64,000 nucleotides of DNA from Andalucia godoyi And28. Taxonomy: Eukaryota > Protista > Jakobida. The notes below the pieces were generated by a model, which did no database searches, was not told the origin of the DNA, and saw only the letters and a list, made by a program, of their open reading frames with translations. Numbering within the stretch: the stretch's first letter is position 1; the number at the start of each line of letters is the position of its first letter. Made by a program: the position numbers and the translations under genes. Location of the stretch: the NCBI GenBank assembly GCA_009859145.1, contig VRVR01000037.1, positions 138,892 through 202,891 of the forward strand. The letters run 5' to 3'. Shown piece after piece: positions 21,701 through 31,189 of the stretch.

Positions 21701-22255
21701 CAATTCATCGGAGGGATGCTTGGTGACATGACACTCTGCTGGAGGAGGTATCTGTATTTGAACTTCACCGCTTCCTTCATTCGCGTTGGGGGTTGAAGGA
21801 TGTGTTGTGTTAGAACGAGAAAAGACATCCGCTGGAAATCCGTTTGCAAGATAACGAAACGGAGATACCGGTGACGATGCAGAGAGCGCTTGCGGTGAGG
21901 GCGAGGGACTGAGTAAGAGCGATGGAGATGGCGAAGCTCCTTCGACTGGGGAGACGGCACTGGGGGATCTCATGCTCGACAGCGGTGATATTGGAGTTGC
22001 CGCAGTTTCTTCTGCTGGCAGCACAAACATTTCGTCTGCATAGCGCACTGGCGAAGTCACCGTGAAGCCATTGGCAGCCTGAAAATGTTCTCTTAGCATT
22101 CCTGGAGACAGAGGTCCGATTGTGGTAGATCCAACCGACATTCTGCTTTCGAGCAAACGGTGATCTAACAAACGGAGGTGCCTTCGTGGAATCGAAGACA
22201 CCACAGCGCCGCAGGTTTCTGATTCGAAGTTATCCGCATCCGGTGATTCCTCCAT
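18776..22255 (-). CDS. Multi-pass processive glycosyltransferase family 2 (catalytic motifs intact)
   Basis: DxD motif (VMDNDCILP), FQDIEYK, HGAFGMWRR, GED (FHGEDMQMG), QRTASWD and flanking TM helices; first ATG at 22255. Confidence 0.8.
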   Translation of the reverse strand: MEESPDADNFESETCGAVVSSIPRRHLRLLDHRLLESRMSVGSTTIGPLSPGMLREHFQAANGFTVTSPVRYADEMFVLPAEETAATPISPLSSMRSPSAVSPVEGASPSPSLLLSPSPSPQALSASSPVSPFRYLANGFPADVFSRSNTTHPSTPNANEGSGEVQIQIPPPAECHVTKHPSDELSVTFSLETNTASGSSTSQDAAFPAFRSFSGRRMWYHSSSTSFSSSSSRNRLVGERNPAFDLNFSELRRASISKGASEKEILRQIRSKLDNACELWNKRKRFVEISKKVRLLDSPSFFLLYDMFDHFRSGNESEEEKLHAFPQIVEVCRKLGRMCFQDAEYERAVSLLSHALELMCSMVRLGMLYQLDDLQEEWKNLRSCVLRYPSLSRKGAMLFIEDFAARLFLSRTLRGSEDPKAPELVLCKRIQQDVRNWKEKRYEKFGNVLTIYLLFFVVMFLVVRCYVSSSCNAPSQTVTIDRGTFETEPRSFDTIQFLPQCASRCEGHTSCVCLSADLNCSMNANPLNPRPGSTCFCKKLSCDACGTCGWLRGFIRRYSLLVFLFGAAMDLGLMFIALIAVSYPLPTNTGNKEVDEAIHQDRAKKLEDCALLIAHFGPRGPLEATLKAAVNLFPLDNIFVCHNGNAIVPNDGKLILDTFSCCKEVTEQFKSSKPGAEGAIRYVWSAEGNKSIAIYLASLLSCKQKYVCVMDNDCILPEDLQLPTELMEIKENVRGVGFSIRASNIHKVDTRPNFWPVFQDIEYKKAGITKLFQSQMGSTMFAHGAFGMWRRDTLVEVMMRHNTNFHGEDMQMGLILHSMNKGYALKYVANVPIGTRTPAHFICCPWNTPQAKNSGRSAVFRMLTAPYRCTRWGCKHEEKSLFCQRTASWDAGAFRLFFTFLVLTLSVWNRQMLNLKLYLVYELWSLVLDCIRIPLLIIVIYNNSIPFLAASFALFIAGAVVLYIVLDVWTLRKRRDIQSGIIPSMAFIGYSMVLALFRQTGLLYNIAVSLPRSRIPRKIKNRSGLPSFIDGRFISDSFADPIAPSRWEERRVCQDSRISPKLRGAKRTKANDGWHLIEYDNRMWNIILTIPDKAKPSSSSSAPKTADQLEMAIEGYFVLFFLFICAGFLGVYVQDTLVALLAIFIIFAALLYCGRTCWE

Positions 22256-23039
22256 TTTGCCTTTTCCCTTTATTTGTTTTGTATGTTTTCCAGACAAGAG
22301 ATAGAAAAAAGAGAAAGAAAAAATTTTAGAGAAAGAATTGCCTGGGAAGAGAAAAAAAAATCACTTCCCTCTTCTTCTTCTTTTTTCTTTCTCCCTTGTT
22401 CTACAATCTGAGCTCAATTTTGAGCTGCGATTTTTTGAACTGGACCGTCCACATAATCTGTTAAAACTTGATTTACGCTGTTGAACGAACAGAAAAGGAT
22501 CCACCGCCAAGCATTTTTTGTGCAGCAACACCGGAGCAAAAACTAGAGGAGTGTTTTTTGGCCGCCCGCCACTGTGCTTTGCCCGGCGATGAATGCTGAA
22601 TCCGGACGTTTTGCAAAAAAGAAAATAGTCACAAATCTTTCCCGACGCTGGAATTCTCCCGATAAAAACTGCAAAAAAAATAATAATATTATAATAAAAA
22701 TCCACTGGAAACTTGAAGCGAGGAAAAAGCAGCAATCGCAATCTGGTCTGCTTTTCGTATTTCCTTTTTGGGCTTTCGAGTTCCGGTTTGGCCAGGTCGA
22801 AGCAGAGCGTCAACTTGCATCGTTTTTCTTGATGTTCCGTTGTTGGTGCGCCGGTGCGACGTCCTTCTCGACCTAACAAAAACCGAACGTCGGGGGAGGG
22901 GGCCTTCGAATGCTTTTCTCATAATTTTTTAAAATTATCATTCTTCGTTGTGCAGCGTATTTTATTTTATATTACTTACACTCCCAAAGCAAAACTGCTT
23001 TTCGTGTAGTATACATTTCAAAAAATTAGAGATTGCACC

Positions 23040-26000
23040 ATGGCATCGAACTCGAACAACTGGGAAACTGCCAGCAGCACGAGTTCTGCTTCGTCATCAG
23101 CAACTTCAAAATCTGTGGAGGCTCTTATTGCAGAAGCCCGTCGTCGCCGCCAGAACGGGGGCAATTCCCCTCCTGCAGAAGTGCGAACCGATCTTCTCCA
23201 GCAAAACGTAATTGGTGAAGATGGCTTGAATCGCGGAAACCCTGCGAATCGCGCTCAGAGGATGCACCAAGCATCCGAAGCGTCATCCATGAAACAGAAG
23301 TTCCGGAAGCAGCAAGCAGAGGCCGGTACCGATGCGCCTTCTGGGGAGGGTGATGCTGGAGAAGCCCCTGCAAGTTCAAATGACGTTGTATTTGGACAGT
23401 CTGGCATTTCCGTGGATGTTCGGCCGAACCTCGGTGACGGGGGACCCGAGTCTGAAAACGCTCCCTTGTCTCCTCCTGGCACCAAGCTGTCAGATGACTC
23501 GAATCCTGTGCAGCAGATGAATGACACTGAAAAAAGATCGTACGTCTCATCGATCATGAGGCGAAGATCTCCGTTCAAGCAGTCGAAAAAGCAGTCTTTG
23601 TACGAGTATCATTTCGACGAGAGGAAAAAGAAAGTCCACTCCCGCTTGTCTATCGAGCTTGTGCTTGCAATTGACTGGGGCCAAAGAATGGCGGAGCTTC
23701 GTAGTCAAGGCTATTCGGAAGAGAAAATCTGTTCCGTAATCCACGAAGATGTCCACACAATCGTCAAAGGATTACTAAATCACCTGGATCGTACGGAGAA
23801 GTTGGATACGCTCAGCACAGACAGCGATGCGTTTCTGTATCTTTATGCGGAATATGATGCGTTCGTCTCGGATTCTTCTTCTCTCGAAGAAAAGCTAAAG
23901 TCTTACCCGCATATTGTGTCTGTCTGCCAAGTGCTTGCTCTCCTGTATTCAGGAACATACGACAATGACATTGCAGCCGATTTGTCCGCACAAGCACTGC
24001 ATCTGATGCTTCACTACAATGTTCGTGGTGTGATGTTTGTCTCTGATCACGTCCTCTGGAATCAGTGGAAAGATTTGCGTTCTTACTCCACAAAGCGCCG
24101 CTTGTCTCCTGTTGGAAAAGTGGAGTACCTTGAGAGAGTGCTGCAGCAGGCGAAATACAGCGTTCTTCGCGAAGAAAATGTCGACATATCTAAAAAACCA
24201 TTGATGAAGAAGATAGAAAAGGACTTGAATAAGGTGAAGCAAGGGAAGTTTGAATTTGTCACAGGAGTCCTGCTAGCACTGTTCATCTCATTTTTCGCTG
24301 TGTTCCTCGCAACCCGATGCTACGTGGATTCCTCCTGTTCTGTTCCCGGTCAGTCGATGACGTTGCTCGCCCACACATATGATTACAGCCCTCCGTTACT
24401 CGGTGATGCTGCAATTCAGCCCTGTCAAGTTTCTTGCACGTTGTTTCGCCCAGCATGTACCTGCGAACGTTCTGATCTTTCTTGTCCCTCGAGTGAACTT
24501 GGTTCGACTTGTTTCTGTTCGAGCTTGACTTGCGACCAGTGCAACATCTGTGGCTTGATCAGAAAGCTCTTTCGTGACAACATATTCTTGTTCTTCTTTC
24601 TTCCGGCAATCTTGCATCTCGTTATCTTTGCAATGTCAATCAGCATTGTTCGCTTCCCGGAGGCGCCTCTGCAGTGGGATGTCGAACTGGACTCTGAATT
24701 CTACCGAATTCGAGAAGCGAATTTGGAGCATATGACCGTTGTTGTTGCGCATCAAGTCGGCAGTCACCACAACTTGGAACGAACAATTAAAGCGCTGTTG
24801 GAGATTGTTCGTCCTGGTCAGGTTGTGATTGTGCATTACGGGAAAACCGATATTCCTTTTGAGAATGACGGCGTGGAGGGCATCATTCAGCTGACCACGG
24901 ATCTTACGAACACGTTCTATGAAGTGAATCCTGAAGAAAGCAAAGAAAATGGAGGCTCTGTGAACTATTCCTGGGTCTGCACCGAGTCACGAACATTCGC
25001 AATCTACATGGCAGTGTTGTCCAAGGTGACATCTAAGCATATAATGGTGTTGAAGGACGACTGCGTCCTCCCACGAGAGTTGTTTATCCCTTGCAATTGG
25101 TTCAAAGAAGACGAGCTCGTGTCTGCAATATCTTTCTTTTCTCGAGCGGATCAGCTGGTGTCGCCGTTTGGACACGCAAACAAAGTCGCGATATTGCAGG
25201 ACATTTATGCCAAGAAGTTTGGTGTGATGTCCGTCTGGCAGTCCGCTTCAGGCTCCATGTTCTGGCCGTCACAACACTGTACGATTTGGAAGCGGGACGA
25301 CTTGCTCAAAGTTATGGACCGCCATGACTGTTCCTTGATGGGTGACGCAATTCAACAAGGTATTTTGCTTCACAAAATGCACCAGTCGAACAGAATCAAG
25401 TGCGCAGCCAATGTTCCGATTCCTGTTCCGCATCCGTCCCATTTGGTCTGCTGGCCGTGGAATTCTGCGTCTGCCAAGAGCGCCAACAAAAGCTTCCTCT
25501 CTCGCTTGATTCTCGCACCTTTCCATTGCCGTGTTTGGGGCTGCCAGCACCGAGCGAATTCCGTGTTTGCAGATGTGGTTCGGACCACCATTTCGCAATA
25601 CAAATTCTTGTTGCCAGAAATTTCTGTACTTCTCTGGGTGTGGAATCGAAATACGATTGTCCTGAAACTGTTCATTTTGTCGGACATCCTAGATGTCATT
25701 ATGGATTTCATTCGCTTGCCGTTGCTTTTCTTCATTGCATACTCGGGCAGGTGGGAGGAATTCTCTTATTTGCATCAGCTGGCTTTCTACTTTGGCATTG
25801 TATATATCCTAAATGTCCTTCTGTTGGCTGCCATGGAATTGTGGCAATTCCGAGAGCGATTGGAACTTCAGTCCACGTTCGGTTTCTTACTGGTATATCC
25901 CCTCTTCTGTTGTTTGACGCAAGTTTTCAGGCAGATTGCAGCATTCTATGCCATTCTTCGACTGATTCCGCGCAGCCAGAATTCGCTCAAGATCATCCAG

Positions 26001-26411
26001 AGACTTCGTCTTCCAGTTCTTGTCGATTCAAATCATATGTGCACCGAGCTTGGAGTGACCCCTGAGCCGCCTTCTCGAGCCGAGACGGCTTTCTACAAGA
26101 ATCAGCTGCGCCACATTGAAATCCACGGAATGCAGCGAAACGTGGACGGCAGCTGGTCGCTTTTGAAGTGGAACCAAGCTGCAAAAGGATGGGAGGATGA
26201 GAAATCGATCAACGATGACGAAGCGAAACGCCAGTCTATGCGACGAGAAAGGGACTACACTTTGCTACTTATCCTGGTCCTGGTCCCGTTCCTTGCTGGA
26301 GCTGCGTATCTTGCGTTGCTCGACTTCCCTATGCTTATCCTGATGTCGCTGATTTTCGTCGGCTTCATTGTTATTTCCGTCTTCAACAGTGCGCTGTTTT
26401 CTATTGCATAA
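23040..26411 (+). CDS. GT2 paralogue with degenerate catalytic motifs (pseudo-glycosyltransferase)
   Basis: Colinear with the 18776-22255 protein (RCYVDSSC, GSTCFC, LQDI..KK, WPWN..AK, C..WGC.H) but has LKDDC, MGDAIQQG and no QRxxxW. Confidence 0.75.
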   Translation: MASNSNNWETASSTSSASSSATSKSVEALIAEARRRRQNGGNSPPAEVRTDLLQQNVIGEDGLNRGNPANRAQRMHQASEASSMKQKFRKQQAEAGTDAPSGEGDAGEAPASSNDVVFGQSGISVDVRPNLGDGGPESENAPLSPPGTKLSDDSNPVQQMNDTEKRSYVSSIMRRRSPFKQSKKQSLYEYHFDERKKKVHSRLSIELVLAIDWGQRMAELRSQGYSEEKICSVIHEDVHTIVKGLLNHLDRTEKLDTLSTDSDAFLYLYAEYDAFVSDSSSLEEKLKSYPHIVSVCQVLALLYSGTYDNDIAADLSAQALHLMLHYNVRGVMFVSDHVLWNQWKDLRSYSTKRRLSPVGKVEYLERVLQQAKYSVLREENVDISKKPLMKKIEKDLNKVKQGKFEFVTGVLLALFISFFAVFLATRCYVDSSCSVPGQSMTLLAHTYDYSPPLLGDAAIQPCQVSCTLFRPACTCERSDLSCPSSELGSTCFCSSLTCDQCNICGLIRKLFRDNIFLFFFLPAILHLVIFAMSISIVRFPEAPLQWDVELDSEFYRIREANLEHMTVVVAHQVGSHHNLERTIKALLEIVRPGQVVIVHYGKTDIPFENDGVEGIIQLTTDLTNTFYEVNPEESKENGGSVNYSWVCTESRTFAIYMAVLSKVTSKHIMVLKDDCVLPRELFIPCNWFKEDELVSAISFFSRADQLVSPFGHANKVAILQDIYAKKFGVMSVWQSASGSMFWPSQHCTIWKRDDLLKVMDRHDCSLMGDAIQQGILLHKMHQSNRIKCAANVPIPVPHPSHLVCWPWNSASAKSANKSFLSRLILAPFHCRVWGCQHRANSVFADVVRTTISQYKFLLPEISVLLWVWNRNTIVLKLFILSDILDVIMDFIRLPLLFFIAYSGRWEEFSYLHQLAFYFGIVYILNVLLLAAMELWQFRERLELQSTFGFLLVYPLFCCLTQVFRQIAAFYAILRLIPRSQNSLKIIQRLRLPVLVDSNHMCTELGVTPEPPSRAETAFYKNQLRHIEIHGMQRNVDGSWSLLKWNQAAKGWEDEKSINDDEAKRQSMRRERDYTLLLILVLVPFLAGAAYLALLDFPMLILMSLIFVGFIVISVFNSALFSIA

Positions 26412-26446
26412 AAACAAACCACCGTTGACAAGGAATCCTGTTGTCT

Positions 26447-27649
26447 TTATAGCAATCCGGTGACAGTATTTTCTGCTTCCGATCGATCGATTTTGATCAA
26501 TGAATGCGCAACAAGAGAATAAATGACTTGCAGAACCATGGATGGATCGAGAAAATCACTCAGTTCTGCCTTTAGATCTTTCAAATACATGTGATTGCCA
26601 TTTGCAGAGAGTATTGATAGAGCAACGGCATACGCGTTCTCCTCACTGGAGAGTTTTGCTACCAGATAGTTTGCCATCGCACTGTACACCCGATGCGTTC
26701 TTTCATACTCACGTTCTTCATGGTTTAGACGCGTGATGTGCTTTTGAAGATCCACAACAACAGGATGGCTTCGCTGAATCAGCGCAAACTGCTCTTCTCG
26801 TAATGCAATCGTTTTCTTCAACTCTTCAATTTCTTGCACTGTTTCTTCGTACCTTCTTTGAATATGCGCGGAAGCTTTGGACGGAGTGTGTACAGAGGGC
26901 GAAGCCATCAAAATAGACTTCAATACGATTTCGTGGTCCGCAAACACCCTTTCCTTCTCTGCAATCTCGGCAAGCAGAGTTTCGACTTCATTCCGAAGCA
27001 GTGTCTGACTCTCTTCCACATGAATCGACTCAAGATGGTACTCGCTGATTCGCTTCTTGACATCCTCGATTTCGCTCTTCAACACACGGATTTGAGAATC
27101 AAAGGTTTGCATCTGGAGCTTCATCGATTCTTCAGCCTTGAGGTTATTTTGCAGCTGCTCAGACAATGGCAAAACACCAAGTTCTTTGCGCTGCCGCACA
27201 AGCTGCTCTCTGGAATCACTCGAGGAATACTTCGAAAGTGATGCTTCCAAATTATTCAGCTCTTCCACGAGGTTCAGGAACTTGGCTCGCAAAGCCTCAT
27301 GCTCGATGACTTCGTCATGCAAGCTGTACATATCCGAGAGCTCGAAAAGCCACGATAGCAAATCCTCAATTTTCTTGATCCGCATGGAAACGCTTTCGTT
27401 TGGAAGCAGATCGGAAGGACTGGCTTGCAGAACATCGATCGAAAGCCGCCCTGCTCCGGGCGCAGCAGCCCTGGGAACGCCTTTGTGCGAATGCGCAAGA
27501 ATAAATCGAATATCCTGAGGAGAACTGTCGGAAACACTAAGACCAGGTCGTTCAGACAGCGCAAGTACCGGAAGCTGAGACACACCTTCACAAAAAGCAA
27601 CAATCTCGTTCAAAAGAATCGAAGAATGCAGAATCGGATCGACGGACAT
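26447..27649 (-). CDS. Coiled-coil protein with possible C-terminal winged helix
   Basis: Long heptad E/K/L-rich region, then YLKDLKAEL…VLQVIYSLVAHSLIKIDRS. ATG at 27649; the upstream in-frame stretch is T-rich and looks non-coding. Confidence 0.7.
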   Translation of the reverse strand: MSVDPILHSSILLNEIVAFCEGVSQLPVLALSERPGLSVSDSSPQDIRFILAHSHKGVPRAAAPGAGRLSIDVLQASPSDLLPNESVSMRIKKIEDLLSWLFELSDMYSLHDEVIEHEALRAKFLNLVEELNNLEASLSKYSSSDSREQLVRQRKELGVLPLSEQLQNNLKAEESMKLQMQTFDSQIRVLKSEIEDVKKRISEYHLESIHVEESQTLLRNEVETLLAEIAEKERVFADHEIVLKSILMASPSVHTPSKASAHIQRRYEETVQEIEELKKTIALREEQFALIQRSHPVVVDLQKHITRLNHEEREYERTHRVYSAMANYLVAKLSSEENAYAVALSILSANGNHMYLKDLKAELSDFLDPSMVLQVIYSLVAHSLIKIDRSEAENTVTGLL

Positions 27650-28263
27650 CCTCAGCCTACTGTTTCCTAAAATGACAAAAAAAAGCCAGGCAATAAAAAA
27701 ACAAACAAACACAATAATAATAATAAAAAGTAATATTGAAAATAACACAATAACCAGACAATTCAAAAAATAAAATAAAATAAGATAATAAAACTCGCAA
27801 AAAATTCTCCAATATGCATTAAAAAAAATAATATATAAATATAGAGTGAAAACTGAAAAATGGCGCCAAAAAAATAAAAATTAATAATAAAAGCTACAAA
27901 AGGACTGAAACCGGGGGGGATGAGTATCGGGAATTTTCCAGTAGGCTACGGCCGTTGAGGTGGACCGTCGCCATGTTGGAACTTTCAACTTGACGAGATG
28001 TCGAACTTCTCTTGGCAGTGAAGTTCTTTTTCTCCTGCGAAGAAGTCGCCGTTTATTCCACCTGACCTCGAGCGAGATTCGACGCGAATGTGTTTAAAAG
28101 ACTGGGTATTGCGTAAAACTGCTCTTTTCCCATTTCTTCTTCTTCTTCTTCCTTGTCTTCTCGTCTTCTTTCCTCCAACAACTCTCTCAATCTCCTCCAT
28201 CTTCTTCTTCGTATCATTGTTATTACTATTTGACCACAGACCTCGCGTCGTTACATTGCAATC

Positions 28264-30888
28264 ATGAGCACGCTCTCCAACACGATTCTCGTTCTTGGTG
28301 GCGACGGATATCTTGGATGGCCGCTGTCGGTCAGTCTCGCGTTGAAGAACCCATCCACCAAAATCATCTGTGTGGATAATATGCTCCGCCGTAAGCTGGT
28401 TCGTTCGTGTGGCTCTGATTCTCTTCTTCCTATTCTCTCACCGCAGGAGCGCGTTTCTGCTTTCCGCCGCATCTACGGACAAACCAACCTGCAGTTTCTC
28501 GGTCTGGATGTGACTTCGCCCGAGATTACGCAGCTGATTGCTCGTGAGCGTCCGCATACGATCTACCATCTGGCACAGCAGTGTTCTGCCCCGTATTCCA
28601 TGTCCTCTCCGGAAGCTGCCATTTTTACTGTCAACAACAATGAAGGAGGAAACATGCGGCTTTTGTGGGCGGTTCGTGATCATGTTCCCGAGGCGCACCT
28701 CATCAAGCTTGGCTCGTTCGGAGAGTACATGAACTGCGGGTTGGACATCATGGAGGGATACTACTATCCTGAGCACAACGGAAAGAAGGCTTGCGTGAAG
28801 GCCCCTTTCCCGCGCCAGTCTGATGACATCTATCATGTCTCAAAGATCAACGATTCCAACTACATCTCCGTGGCCTGCAGGAAATGGGGCTTGCGCGTGA
28901 CGGACATCATGCAGGCAACTGTGTTTGGCACGTGGACTCCTGAGACCCACAGTCACCCCGAGCTGTGGACTCGTATGGATTACGATGAGAAATTCGGAAC
29001 GGTCATGAACCGTTTTCTTACGCAGATGATGATCGGCGAAGCCCTGACGGTCTACGGAACAGGAAAGCAGCGTACTGGACTGATGGCTCTTTCCGACTCG
29101 GTGCACTCTTTGGCTGAGTTGGTTTCTTCCGTCCCCGAGCCGGGCGAGCACCGCGTGATCAACCATGTCACGGAGAAGTCGTTCTGCATCAATGAAATCG
29201 CTGAGCTGGTCAAGATGGTCGGCCGAGATGAGGGATTCCAGGTTCTGGTGACGAACGCATTTGATCCTCGCGAAGAACGCCCCTCTGAAAAGGCAACATA
29301 CGACATCGAGACAAAGTACGTTTCGAATCACGTTGCGAAGACTCCGTTGGCAACTGTGCTCCGACAAACGCTTTCCATGATTGCAAATCACCGCAATCGC
29401 ATCAAGGTCGAAGTGGTGGTGCCGAAAACCATCTGGAGAAAGGAGGCCACCGCCACGGAAGCCTCGCAACAGACAGCCAAGCCAGCGCAGTGCGACACCT
29501 CCAATGACTTTAATCTGCTGTCACCGAGCTTCAAGAGTCCTCGCAAGTTTGCATCCCTCGATCTCATCCCGCAGCTGCGAAGCGCGGACAAGGCGTCCAT
29601 TGCTTCTGACGAAGATTACTGGAATTGCTTCCGTGACCAGTTTTTCCCTTCGCGCCGAATCAACCTGAATGCTGGCACTTTGGGAACCACTTCCATGGAA
29701 GTCCGGAAGGCCTCCTATCTCTTTTACGCAGAGGACTTGCCTGCCTACCCCCTGGGGCAGTATTCAAAGGGCCGTGAAACTCTGTCAAAGGTCGTCAAAT
29801 TAGCAAATGAGATTTGGCCGTCGGCGACCCATGAGGTGACAGTCAACGGCTCTGCGAGCCAGTGTGCCAACCTGCTTGCTCTTGCACTGTCGCGCGTTGC
29901 TTGGAAGGAAGGCAGTCGTCAAGGTGAAGGACATCCTCATTTTACCTTGTTAACAACGGATCACGAGCATGTTGGCGGCATCGGCGCCTTCTCTCGCTTA
30001 CCAGAGTTCAAAGTCTCCCAGCTGAGCAACCATGAGCTGTCTAATGTTGATGCTTTCGAGGCTCGGGTTGCTGCAAGTCGTCCCGACATTTTCTTCGTGT
30101 CGCACATTTCGTGTGTCACGGGAGAAATCTTTCCTGTCGAACAGTGGAGCTCGATCATCCGCCGCATCGTTCCGCATGCAATCATCATCTTGGACGTTGC
30201 CCAGTCCCTTGGAATCCTCCGTTTGCCGCTGCAGGCTGCCGATTGCATCTTTGGATCTGTGCACAAGTGGTTGTTTGGGCCGCGGGGCTGCGGACTTTTG
30301 TGGACCAACGAGAAGCTCCGCAACTTCGTGAAAGCCATCAACTGGTCCGGTGAAGAAATTCATCCCAGAGAAGGCGGCCACGGATTCTCCATTCCGGGCG
30401 GCCAGGATTTCGGATCATACGCAAAGCTGGAGGCAGCTCTTCGTCTGTATGCAGCTGTCGGACCAGAGTTGATTTACAAGAGAGGGTCGTCACTGAGAAA
30501 ACACTTTGAGGAACGCATCTGCACCATCTTTGCGCAAGCAGGATTGTCAGTCCAGATCCAGCAACCATTCAATGGCGCTCCCTCACAGTCTCCGTGCATC
30601 ACTTCTCTTGTTTGTACGAACTTTGATCCGTACGAGTTTTATTCATATCTGAACCAGCATGGTGTGCACGTCAAGTGCATGAAGGGGAAGTCAGTTGGGG
30701 ACGTTGTGCGCTTTTCGTTCCCGTACTATGAATCCGTCTATCGCATTGACGAAGCCTTGAGAATCATCGAGAACGGTGTCAGCCATGTCACGACCCAGCC
30801 GATCCAACTCATCGCGAAGGATGCCAACAAAGGGGAGCTCTTGCGCGAAGCAAAGAAGAACAGTTTCAACGTTGTTGCCATGCTCTGA
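28264..30888 (+). CDS. Fusion: UDP-sulfoquinovose synthase (SQD1-like SDR) plus class-V PLP aminotransferase/C-S lyase-like domain
   Basis: N-half: VLGGDGYLGWP, SAPYSM, KLGSFGEY, YHVSK, TDIMQATVFG, FGTVMNRF, LTVYGTGKQ. C-half: LNAGTLG, TDHEH, DVAQSLG, GSVHKWLFGPRGCG, VRFS. One uninterrupted 874-aa frame. Confidence 0.85.
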   Translation: MSTLSNTILVLGGDGYLGWPLSVSLALKNPSTKIICVDNMLRRKLVRSCGSDSLLPILSPQERVSAFRRIYGQTNLQFLGLDVTSPEITQLIARERPHTIYHLAQQCSAPYSMSSPEAAIFTVNNNEGGNMRLLWAVRDHVPEAHLIKLGSFGEYMNCGLDIMEGYYYPEHNGKKACVKAPFPRQSDDIYHVSKINDSNYISVACRKWGLRVTDIMQATVFGTWTPETHSHPELWTRMDYDEKFGTVMNRFLTQMMIGEALTVYGTGKQRTGLMALSDSVHSLAELVSSVPEPGEHRVINHVTEKSFCINEIAELVKMVGRDEGFQVLVTNAFDPREERPSEKATYDIETKYVSNHVAKTPLATVLRQTLSMIANHRNRIKVEVVVPKTIWRKEATATEASQQTAKPAQCDTSNDFNLLSPSFKSPRKFASLDLIPQLRSADKASIASDEDYWNCFRDQFFPSRRINLNAGTLGTTSMEVRKASYLFYAEDLPAYPLGQYSKGRETLSKVVKLANEIWPSATHEVTVNGSASQCANLLALALSRVAWKEGSRQGEGHPHFTLLTTDHEHVGGIGAFSRLPEFKVSQLSNHELSNVDAFEARVAASRPDIFFVSHISCVTGEIFPVEQWSSIIRRIVPHAIIILDVAQSLGILRLPLQAADCIFGSVHKWLFGPRGCGLLWTNEKLRNFVKAINWSGEEIHPREGGHGFSIPGGQDFGSYAKLEAALRLYAAVGPELIYKRGSSLRKHFEERICTIFAQAGLSVQIQQPFNGAPSQSPCITSLVCTNFDPYEFYSYLNQHGVHVKCMKGKSVGDVVRFSFPYYESVYRIDEALRIIENGVSHVTTQPIQLIAKDANKGELLREAKKNSFNVVAML

Positions 30889-31189
30889 TAGAAGACGTAG
30901 ATCCTTGGACGTTGGCAGCAAGCTGATTTCTTTTCTTCCTTTCTGTGTCGTGGTCAAAAGCTTTGTATTGTTGTGCCGTGTGTAGCAGATCTAGTTGTTG
31001 AGCCACGCAAAAAAAACAACAACAACAACAACAACAAACCACAACAACAAACAATCAAAAAAAAAAAAGGAGTCGCACATGTGAGACAATACGTTTTTGC
31101 GTGGCAGAAAAAGTGTCAAAGTCCAAGCCAAAGTGATGTAATAAAATAAGTATTGTGTATCATCTATCAAAAACAAGGGACGTCCTTTC

